This document shows, in pieces, positions 56,444 through 64,000 of a stretch of DNA of 64,000 nucleotides. Numbering within the stretch: position 1 is the stretch's first letter; each line of letters starts with the position of its first letter. Origin of the DNA: a virus. Under the pieces are notes generated by a model, which was not told where the DNA came from, made no database searches, and worked only from the letters and a program-made list of their open reading frames with translations. Location: the IMG/VR virus record IMGVR_UViG_3300025133_000042, positions 1-64,000 of that record. The stretch is one strand, 5' to 3'. The position numbers and the translations under genes are program-made.

Positions 56444-58300
56444 CTAAATAACCTCGCAAGACCCTCCCGAACAGGCCAGCTCGCCAGTTAAATTAGTATT
56501 GTCATCAAACTCAACAACTTTTGCGATATCAACTTCGCGCAGAGAGCATGCGAGATTTTCGTACTCTTCCTTTGTACAGTCTTCAAATGGCGCCTGCTTG
56601 TACGTGTGGTCCGAAAAAGGCAAAACAGATAGGCCGTTATAAGTCGCTCTGTTCTCCCACATCCATTCACGAACAACATCCCATTCGTCCTCTCTGATAG
56701 AAACAGTCGCAGATACATTATGTGTATTCTGGCCGCGGCCATGGCCGGGGCGGACCCAATCAGAAGATATTTTCTTAATCCGACGAAGCAAATCCAAGCA
56801 CCCTTCCTGTCTTGTAATCGCATTCTCTGGGGCCCTCTGGGGAACGGAAATAACAGCTGTATCATGGGGCCTAAAAAATTCATCCTCAACCAAATCGGCG
56901 TTATGAATAGCCAAATGCGTATAGATGGCTTCATTCTTGCCAACACGTAGTCGACGAATATAATAGTCGTTATGCCATGCATGGATACCACTAGATGTCC
57001 CCAGCGTTAAAGATGTTGTTCCTGCAGGCTTAACACAGGTTGTCCGAGTGGCCGGCCGAATGTTGATTAAGGACGCGACGCGTCGGTTTTCTCTCCTAAC
57101 AACGGAAGAAGCCGATTTCATATTTAAATCCAAAACGCGGCCGGAGGCAATACCAGTCATGGAGACCCCAATAAGCGCATCCTTTTCTGTTGTCCGGCGC
57201 CACACGTCGCGGAGATAATGAAAATCAGTATATCCTGCTTGCAAGGTTGCAATGAAGCTGGCTGCGCGGCAGCGGCTCTCATAGTCCTCTTGGCCGGTAA
57301 GATCAGAAGCGTTAACCTCGACCAAGTTGCAAAATTGATATGGCCTGAGGGCGATCTCGCAACACGGATTCGTGCCCCAGTCTTTGTCGTTTGAAAAATA
57401 GAACCCGGGCTCGCCGGCGCCGCTTGCTCTCACTCTTTCCCAAATTGAATTGAAGAAATCTTTTGTTATAAGGTGTCGCATGAGGACAACTGAGTTGTTG
57501 GCTCTTCCTCGCTGAGGATTTGTCTCCCACCAATCTCCTGTCTTTGCTGCAAGCATTTCTTCATCTTCTGCGGAAAAAAGTGAAATAAGAGCAGCCCGAC
57601 GGATCCCCCCGGCAAGAACAGCATCAGCAATATGACAAATGATATCATGCACTTCGATAGGCTCAAGCTTGTCACCGCTCTCCTTCGCATCAAGAATTCC
57701 TCGTATCTTAAGGAGGCATTCTTTCAACGGTTGAGGGCCGGGAGCTTTGCCTCCAGATGTAACTAGTCTGCTGCCTTTCGGACGGATGTCAGAAAAATCA
57801 AATTTTAATTTTGATCCGCCTTTAAAGTATGAGTTAACTAAAACCTTTACTGCGTCGGCCCATCCTTCGATCGAATCACCGATAAGATATCGCCTAGAGC
57901 GCTTTGCACTCGGCATCTGAAGTTCCGGGAGCTTATCAACATGGTGCCTTTGAACAGAATATCCAACACCAGTGCCGCCAAGAAGGAGAAACATGCACTC
58001 AGAAAAAGAAGCGACATGATCGATAGGCATATAAGCACAGTTGTATATCCTGTTAGGTGCCACTTCAATCGGCTTGCCCCCGAATTGCATGGAGCGCATG
58101 GATGGTAAAACTTTTTTCGCATAGACGTAATTATAAGCCTCTTCGACTTCAGTCCTTAAATTCGGATACTTCTTAAGGTGCATGGCCTTGTTGCGATCGA
58201 CTAATTCCTCCCAGGTTTCACGTCTGTCTTCCTGCTTCAGATATCTTGCATATTTCATATAAACAGTGATATCTGACAAAATTTTACTAGCTAGGTCCAT
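56444..58300 (-). CDS. nrdJ: class II (B12-dependent) ribonucleotide reductase
   Basis: YNC, GIRRAA, TNPCCEI, VKPAGT, C-terminal CSGGSCEV. Confidence 0.9.
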   Translation of the reverse strand: MDLASKILSDITVYMKYARYLKQEDRRETWEELVDRNKAMHLKKYPNLRTEVEEAYNYVYAKKVLPSMRSMQFGGKPIEVAPNRIYNCAYMPIDHVASFSECMFLLLGGTGVGYSVQRHHVDKLPELQMPSAKRSRRYLIGDSIEGWADAVKVLVNSYFKGGSKLKFDFSDIRPKGSRLVTSGGKAPGPQPLKECLLKIRGILDAKESGDKLEPIEVHDIICHIADAVLAGGIRRAALISLFSAEDEEMLAAKTGDWWETNPQRGRANNSVVLMRHLITKDFFNSIWERVRASGAGEPGFYFSNDKDWGTNPCCEIALRPYQFCNLVEVNASDLTGQEDYESRCRAASFIATLQAGYTDFHYLRDVWRRTTEKDALIGVSMTGIASGRVLDLNMKSASSVVRRENRRVASLINIRPATRTTCVKPAGTTSLTLGTSSGIHAWHNDYYIRRLRVGKNEAIYTHLAIHNADLVEDEFFRPHDTAVISVPQRAPENAITRQEGCLDLLRRIKKISSDWVRPGHGRGQNTHNVSATVSIREDEWDVVREWMWENRATYNGLSVLPFSDHTYKQAPFEDCTKEEYENLACSLREVDIAKVVEFDDNTNLTGELACSGGSCEVI

Positions 58301-59660
58301 TTTTTCTTTCCTTCTTGAATTGTTTGTAGTGTTCTGTTAGGCTTTTTGCTAACTGCCGTGGTGAGCTACTCTGGTTTATAACAGAAGGATCAATAGGTTC
58401 CAATACTTGGAGTGTAACATTGCTTGTGTCGATATGCATAGGGAACACTAGGCCGTCGGGGCCGTTGCGATTTTTTGCAACAAACATTCTTGCAGTATTC
58501 GCATTTTTGTCCCTGATTGTCCTTGAAATAGAACAAATAAAGTCCGCTACAAAACACTTGTTAAACGCCTCCGAAATAGATTCCATAGTTACAACTTCTG
58601 CGTTCAATCCAGTCCTGTTTGTTTGGGATGCCGTCCACAGCGGGCACTTGTTTTCTTGCGCAATTGCCCTAAGGTCTTCATAAATAGACTCTAGTTCATT
58701 CCTTTTCTCCTTGAAGTTTGTGCAGCTTCGGAGCAAATCAGCGTAATCTACTATAATCATGTCGATTTTTTGATTTTGTTTTTTTAATTTTTCTATATGA
58801 GATCTGATAGTATTGGGCGAGGCCGTTTTGGTCGGATACTCTTTAATAATCAATCGACCTGGAATATCAGCAATGGCCTCCATGACCTCGTCCTTTCTAT
58901 TAAAAAGAGTCGACAGAGGAATTCCGGATATGCAACTATCATATCTCTGACCAGTAATTTCTTCGGAAAGCTCTAATGTGTAGTGCACTACATTTTTTCC
59001 AGTCTTAACGGCTTGGACGCCGAGGTGCGCTAGCGCCATAGATTTGCCGGCGCCCGTTGGTGCAATAACAACTCCCAGCTCGCCGGTCCCTAAGCCGCTC
59101 TTTGTCAATTTATCAATTCTGCTCCATCCAGTGGTAATCGGATTTCGTATTTTAATTTCATATCGGCGCTCAAAGTCTTTAATAAAGTCATGACCAAAGT
59201 CATTGTCCATGCCAAGCTTAAGTGCGTTGTCAATCACATTCTTGACTTCATCATAAGATGAATTTTGAACCAGATCAACAGATTGTACCAAGGCCTCTTT
59301 CAGCTTTTGCCTCTTGCAGAAATCAAGAGAAGTAGATTTAATATACTTCTCGTCTGGAATACTGTTCTTTATCAACAGTCGGGCAAAATAATCTCGAACC
59401 TGCTTTTGGGTCGATTCATTCTCGTTATCCATCTCGGTGCGCAAAATCGTTGCCAATGTCTGCTTCGTTGGATGGACGCCATATTCATTACGATAATCAA
59501 ACAGCTTCTTGATAAACACCCTCAGGTATTTAAGCTCGAAAAAGTTAATATCTACAATTTCTTCCATTTGATCCGCGAATGGACGATCTTCAATTATTAG
59601 ATGAAGAAGGTCCTCTTGGAATCTCTTTCCATATTTTGAAAAGTCCGCTTCTAGTTTCAT
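58287..59660 (-). CDS. DnaB/gp41-like replicative helicase
   Basis: APTGAGKS, TLE, IVDYADL, TASQTNR, KNRNG. Confidence 0.92.
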   Translation of the reverse strand: MKLEADFSKYGKRFQEDLLHLIIEDRPFADQMEEIVDINFFELKYLRVFIKKLFDYRNEYGVHPTKQTLATILRTEMDNENESTQKQVRDYFARLLIKNSIPDEKYIKSTSLDFCKRQKLKEALVQSVDLVQNSSYDEVKNVIDNALKLGMDNDFGHDFIKDFERRYEIKIRNPITTGWSRIDKLTKSGLGTGELGVVIAPTGAGKSMALAHLGVQAVKTGKNVVHYTLELSEEITGQRYDSCISGIPLSTLFNRKDEVMEAIADIPGRLIIKEYPTKTASPNTIRSHIEKLKKQNQKIDMIIVDYADLLRSCTNFKEKRNELESIYEDLRAIAQENKCPLWTASQTNRTGLNAEVVTMESISEAFNKCFVADFICSISRTIRDKNANTARMFVAKNRNGPDGLVFPMHIDTSNVTLQVLEPIDPSVINQSSSPRQLAKSLTEHYKQFKKERKNGPS

Positions 59661-59693
59661 TTCCTACCTCTTAAACAGAATAGCTACATTTTA

Positions 59694-60659
59694 TTAGTTG
59701 TCTAGACACATCTTGTTGAAGTGTGCAAATAGATCAATAAAGTTTGATTCGCCAAAGCTATCCTTGGCCATCATCGTGATAAGCTTGGTTTTTGAGTACT
59801 CAAAAGAAAACCCCTTAACAACCTCCCGAATGTGCTTTTTGGCGCCAATGGTCAACAAAGGGGCGTACAGCTGCATCATTTGGTAGTTTCTATCCAGAAT
59901 GTGCTGCTTATCCAGCACAGTCTGGTAGATTTTCACATTAGATTTTCTAGATGTTTCCTCAGCGAAATCCAACACATCGCTAAGTGTTGCTGACTTGTCT
60001 TCACAAAGAAAAGGAAATCGCTTAGCCACGGTCTTCAGTCCAGCGCCTCCGATACCCTCAAGATTGTCCGATTTGTCGCCGGCCATTGCACGGGCCATGG
60101 CAAAATTGCAAGGGTGAATGTCGAACTTTTCAACAATTTTGTTTTTATTAAGAATTTCTTTCTGGATTGGCCGGTAAAGCACAGTCTTGTCATCCAAGAG
60201 TTGAAAGAAATCTTTATCGCTCGATACAATAATTTTCTGATGATCTGAAAGCTCCGGCATTTGGCAGAGATGCGCAATGATATCGTCAGCTTCAGTTGAC
60301 TTAAATTTAAATTGCACTATTGGCATCTCATTATAAAATTCAATAATCCTAGTTTGCTGCCAGAGCTTGTTCTCAAACTCTTCTTGCTCAGAAAGATTTC
60401 TAATTGCTCGATTCAAGCGGATTGCTTTACGGCCGGCTTTGTAGTCTTTCTTGATAGATTTTCTTTTCGCGGAGCCGCCTTCGCCATCCCAACAGATGTA
60501 AATTTCATCTGGCTTCGTCTCTCGAACTAGCTTTTGAAGCGACTGTATGCACCCCTTTAGGCCGCCGATGGGGTTGCCATTAGTTGAAATGCTGGGGTTA
60601 ACAATATAGTTGCGAAAAAAAAGATTTAGCTGATCAATTATCAGCACTCTTTGTGTCAT
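59694..60659 (-). CDS. 5'-3' exonuclease / T4 RNase H-like
   Basis: LIID, WDG, YKAGR, EADD, SSDKDF, GDKSDN. Confidence 0.92.
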   Translation of the reverse strand: MTQRVLIIDQLNLFFRNYIVNPSISTNGNPIGGLKGCIQSLQKLVRETKPDEIYICWDGEGGSAKRKSIKKDYKAGRKAIRLNRAIRNLSEQEEFENKLWQQTRIIEFYNEMPIVQFKFKSTEADDIIAHLCQMPELSDHQKIIVSSDKDFFQLLDDKTVLYRPIQKEILNKNKIVEKFDIHPCNFAMARAMAGDKSDNLEGIGGAGLKTVAKRFPFLCEDKSATLSDVLDFAEETSRKSNVKIYQTVLDKQHILDRNYQMMQLYAPLLTIGAKKHIREVVKGFSFEYSKTKLITMMAKDSFGESNFIDLFAHFNKMCLDN

Positions 60660-60999
60660 TGAGGTCCTCTCTGTAAATTCTACTTTTAAACTGTTTTGCA
60701 CGGGTGACCAGGAACGAATATACGCCATCAATTTTTAGCGCTTCGGCTGACATCCTGCTGATGTGCCTTTTTAATGTAGGCTCCAAGATAAAAAATTTAA
60801 CCTTTAAAATAGTTCTTTCTACTGTTTCAGAAACAGGCTTCGCTGGTTCAACAACCGTCGTTGTTGTGATACCGCAAACGCCTCTTAGATTGTCAGTCAG
60901 AACTGTTAAATTCTTAGATCGATCGGACCTTAAAACGACAGTAGCTACATAGAGTTGGTCTCTAAAGACTTCTAATATGAGATCTTTCAAATTCTGCAT
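60634..60999 (-). CDS. hypothetical protein
   Basis: DLILE start; late-type motif upstream. Confidence 0.5.
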   Translation of the reverse strand: MQNLKDLILEVFRDQLYVATVVLRSDRSKNLTVLTDNLRGVCGITTTTVVEPAKPVSETVERTILKVKFFILEPTLKRHISRMSAEALKIDGVYSFLVTRAKQFKSRIYREDLNDTKSADN

Positions 61000-61026
61000 T
61001 TTTTTCCCTCGCATATTAATTAGTCT

Positions 61027-61488
61027 TTAAAGTTTGTACATCTCTATTCCACCGTAATTTGTAGTATAAAAAACTCGTTTAATCCCCGCAGACTTCATAA
61101 TTGAATGGCACATCTTACATGGCTTGCTCATTCTGAACTCGCCTTGGTTATTGATCCGGCAAACAAAAATATCTGCGCCGGCGGTTTGTTCCTTCGACAA
61201 TCCAGAAACGCATTCAGTCTCCGCGTGTCTTGTTGCAGGGCCGCAGCCTTGCGGTCGAAAGCGATCAGCGAAAGAAGTAAAATCATCTTTGTTGTAAGCC
61301 GATCTAATAACTGAGCCGCCTTTGACTAAAACTGCGCCATGGCGGAGCTTTCCGTAATCGCTATTCGCCGCTTGGGCTCGTGCCGCTTCAAAATATCTGT
61401 TAATTCTACCAGACATCCGAACAGCGGTGCCGGCAATAGAGGTGCGATTTGTATTTTCCGTTGCCACTTTAAAAATATCGTCGCGCAA
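61027..61488 (-). CDS. cytidine/dCMP deaminase-like zinc protein
   Basis: HGAVL, HAE, SKPCKMC. Confidence 0.8.
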   Translation of the reverse strand: MRDDIFKVATENTNRTSIAGTAVRMSGRINRYFEAARAQAANSDYGKLRHGAVLVKGGSVIRSAYNKDDFTSFADRFRPQGCGPATRHAETECVSGLSKEQTAGADIFVCRINNQGEFRMSKPCKMCHSIMKSAGIKRVFYTTNYGGIEMYKL

Positions 61489-61780
61489 TCTTTCGGCGCT
61501 TCTTGGGCCGGGTGGGAACTGGAGGGCCGGCCCTAAGGCGCGTCATGGCGTTGTGGAGGCGAATACGAGTAAGCGAATTCATATCACTGTGGCGCTGGGC
61601 GCTTTCAAGCGATAAGTTAGAGGCATTCGAATTCGCAGAATAGTGTGGGACGCCTAGGGAATAAGAAGAACGATAAGAAGGCAGATCATGGCCCGGGCCA
61701 ACGTTGATGGTAATCGGCGTACATGCTGTAGCTGCGGTAGCCATCGCTATGGCCAGAATGATTCCCCTATAATACTTCAT
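61469..61780 (-). CDS. lipoprotein-like hypothetical protein
   Basis: ATAC lipobox-like. Confidence 0.45.
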   Translation of the reverse strand: MKYYRGIILAIAMATAATACTPITINVGPGHDLPSYRSSYSLGVPHYSANSNASNLSLESAQRHSDMNSLTRIRLHNAMTRLRAGPPVPTRPKKRRKIARRYF

Positions 61781-61783
61781 TTA

Positions 61784-62893
61784 TTATTCCTCTTTATCAA
61801 TATCATAAAAGCTAGATGCATCTGCCTCTCTCTTTTCAAACTTTAATATAACCTCGTCGTCCATCAAAGTCAATACGCGGGTCCTAAATTTCTCACTTTT
61901 TAGCTTTTCCATCCATCTAGAAGCTTGAAATTTCTCAGAAGTTCCATCTTCATAGATCAGGTTGTACCATGCGCCTTTCTGTTCGACGCTTTTAGAGCCT
62001 TTAATCGCCTCGAACCAGCTTTCTTCATCTTGAATGCCGATTCTGCTCCCCCACATAATCTTGAAAGTGCATTGGCGGCCTTCGGTGCCAAAGCGACTCT
62101 TTTTAAGTGTCACTTTTACTTCCGAACCCACCCTAAAGCCATTCTCATCCAACAAAAAGCTGGCCTTGGCTTTACGCTTGGTCAGCCAAATGCGCAGAGA
62201 ATAAGCATAATGCATTGCTTTCCCGCCCGGGGTTACGTAGGGCTCGACCATAGCCTCCGAAGGACTTCTTGTGATATTCGTCTTAAGCTGATTAAGCACG
62301 AGCAACGTTGATTTGCTATCGGCAATCGGAATCGCCAATTTGGACATTCCCTTTGCCAGAATACGAGCCTTGACTGCCATGGACGACTGTGGATTAAAAT
62401 CTCCCTCGACGTCGCTAATGGCAGGCGTTAAGGCAAGGCTATCCCAAATAAATAGCATTCTGTTGTCATTTGACCCTAGAAGCTCTTCGACGGTCTCCAG
62501 AACAAACTCCACACTTTGCGCCTGCACGTACAACAAATTATCTAAGTCGCAGCCCGCGTTACTCAAAAAAGTGGGATCGATGGCGGACTCAGAATCAAAA
62601 TAAATGACATCAATACCCATCTTTTGGGCGTTTGCAGCAACTTGTGCTGCCATATAAGACTTTCCAGACCCTTCGAGGCCTGCAATTTCAACAATTTTGC
62701 CGAGTGGGACGCCTGCGAGGCGGCCCCTGCAAATCATTGAATCGAGCCAACGAGATCCAGTACCAATCCAATCGGTTACTTCTGTTGGATTTTCTTCTTT
62801 CAAATCGTAGGCAACATGCATGCCTGCTTTCTTGTTGATGAGAGTCCTCATCTCATCTAAATTCAACTTACCAAGTTTCTTTCTCTTCGCCAT
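61784..62893 (-). CDS. recA: RecA/UvsX recombinase
   Basis: GKIVEIAGLEGSGKS, DSE, WDSL, NQL, TPGG. Confidence 0.93.
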   Translation of the reverse strand: MAKRKKLGKLNLDEMRTLINKKAGMHVAYDLKEENPTEVTDWIGTGSRWLDSMICRGRLAGVPLGKIVEIAGLEGSGKSYMAAQVAANAQKMGIDVIYFDSESAIDPTFLSNAGCDLDNLLYVQAQSVEFVLETVEELLGSNDNRMLFIWDSLALTPAISDVEGDFNPQSSMAVKARILAKGMSKLAIPIADSKSTLLVLNQLKTNITRSPSEAMVEPYVTPGGKAMHYAYSLRIWLTKRKAKASFLLDENGFRVGSEVKVTLKKSRFGTEGRQCTFKIMWGSRIGIQDEESWFEAIKGSKSVEQKGAWYNLIYEDGTSEKFQASRWMEKLKSEKFRTRVLTLMDDEVILKFEKREADASSFYDIDKEE

Positions 62894-63161
62894 TGGAGCC
62901 TCTTATTTCCGGTATTTCCATTGTCTGATCAGGGTCTTGGACCGGGAGATCAAACGGTGTATAATTAATATAATCACGTTTTAGCTGGTCGGCAAGAGAA
63001 ATCAGCAAGGGCTCTACTCGATCCACCTTGGTGACTATTTCCTCGTGCTGTGCGTGGTGTCGCTGGCGTGAGCTGAACATCTTACTTTCCAAAATAGCCC
63101 CAGTTCCCAGGCCAAGACAAAATAAACTTATTCCGAACCCAGTATATAATAAAGCTTCCAT
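62868..63161 (-). CDS. membrane-anchored hypothetical protein
   Basis: N-terminal TM. Confidence 0.5.
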   Translation of the reverse strand: MEALLYTGFGISLFCLGLGTGAILESKMFSSRQRHHAQHEEIVTKVDRVEPLLISLADQLKRDYINYTPFDLPVQDPDQTMEIPEIRGSNGEEKETW

Positions 63162-63195
63162 AGCTATTACTAACTAGTGCTAAGTATTTGAAAAT

Positions 63196-63238
63196 AAGGC
63201 CTCTGTAAACCCAGGCCTTCCTGTGGGATATAGCTACT
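63196..63238 (-). repeat. 43-nt structured repeat, copy 1
   Basis: 42/43 identical to 63684-63726. Confidence 0.9.
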
Positions 63239-63659
63239 CTAGCTCGACCAGCTCGACTTCGAAGTTAAGATGTTTCCCCGCAAGGGGATGATTGTGATCT
63301 AACACAACTGTATCTTCCTCTACAGAAGCAATCGTCGCGGCCATCGGAGCACCGGTGTCGGTGGCGCCATAGACCGTCTCGCCGACATTGAAATCGAAAT
63401 CACCAGGAAACATGTTCTTTGAAGTTGGCACTAAAGCGCTAGGGTTCACGGGGCCATAGGCTTCTTCAAGCCTAAACGTCTTTTTCTCGCCTACCGACAT
63501 TCCAACCACTGCAGACTCAAAATCTGGCAAGAGCATGCTCGAACCAATCTCGAAATCAAGAGTCTCGTCGCGATAATGCGAATTGTCGAACTCCGTTCCA
63601 TCATCTAGGGTGCCTCGGTAGTGTACCTTGACTTTCTGTCCATTTTTTGCTTTAAGCAT
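63234..63659 (-). CDS. FKBP-type peptidyl-prolyl isomerase (SlyD/FkpB-like)
   Basis: VHYRGTLDDGTEFDNS, AYG, DHNHPLAGK. Confidence 0.93.
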   Translation of the reverse strand: MLKAKNGQKVKVHYRGTLDDGTEFDNSHYRDETLDFEIGSSMLLPDFESAVVGMSVGEKKTFRLEEAYGPVNPSALVPTSKNMFPGDFDFNVGETVYGATDTGAPMAATIASVEEDTVVLDHNHPLAGKHLNFEVELVELE

Positions 63660-63683
63660 AATATAATCCTTATTTTTAAGTTC

Positions 63684-63726
63684 AAGGCCTCTGTAAACCC
63701 AGGCCTTCCTGCGGGATATAGCTACT
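63684..63726 (-). repeat. 43-nt structured repeat, copy 2
   Basis: AGTAGCTATATCCCRCAGGAAGGCCTGGGTTTACAGAGGCCTT. Confidence 0.9.
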
Positions 63727-64000
63727 TGCCTAGAATATCTTCTAGTTCGTCAATATAAGACTTGAAAATTTTATTAAAAGCCCTCTTGGAGATTTGGTGG
63801 TCCTTGCACGTGCTCTGAAAATGCTTCAAAAATCCAACGGCAATAGACTCTGCGGCCCTGTTGGTCACATTGCCACCCTCTCTCTTATAATGTGTGGTAA
63901 AACTCCTTGCGTTCTTATGGTAGTTGACCGCACCATCAAAATAGGAAATAAAAGCCTCTTTCGCATTGGAGCGGCTATGCAGATCGGTGTTTTTGTAGAT
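63722..64000 (-). CDS. partial hypothetical protein (3' end)
   Basis: open frame from the window edge to TAG. Confidence 0.5.
   Translation of the reverse strand: MYKNTDLHSRSNAKEAFISYFDGAVNYHKNARSFTTHYKREGGNVTNRAAESIAVGFLKHFQSTCKDHQISKRAFNKIFKSYIDELEDILGK

Noticed and set aside
42561-62893. Bacterial chromosome origin for groEL, dnaE, recA, guaB-like genes
   Set aside because: Genes are divergent, single-stranded in layout, tightly overlapped and mixed with T4-like genes; there is no bacterial operon context.
50053-62893. Inteins or introns in DnaE, RNR, helicase or RecA
   Set aside because: Lengths are normal and no intein boundary or homing-endonuclease motifs were seen.

Overview
64 kb of a large (jumbo-type, T4-like/myovirus-style) bacteriophage genome, almost all coded on the minus strand. 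A Myxococcota/deltaproteobacterial host is inferred from EIC-G-DDDCDG repeat lipoproteins and a sigma54+IHF promoter. There are three blocks. (1) 1-15 kb is a probable late operon: endolysin, a VWA lipoprotein, a nucleotidyltransferase, and 11 tandem unrelated proteins sharing an N-terminal MKITKxxLKQIIKEE leader, three pairs of which have identical 44-nt leader DNA. (2) 16-33 kb is an early/accessory region: a phage sigma70-family factor behind a sigma54 promoter, a MoxR AAA+/VWA-peptidase pair, about 14 TTTAC-N17-TATAGT promoters, and over 25 KOW/SH3-like microproteins (MKVGDLV...), many chained by a dual-coding 14-nt junction (RTGAAAGTCGGTGA). (3) 33-64 kb holds tRNAs, an MTase plus MunI-like nuclease pair, protein-folding genes (GroEL, GroES, Hsp20 with a ROSE-like thermometer, ClpP, FKBP, Def), nucleotide metabolism (IMPDH/GMPR, dUTPase, class II RNR) and replication (DnaE, DnaB-like helicase, 5'-3' exonuclease, RecA). 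All calls come from reading motifs by eye; no searches were run.
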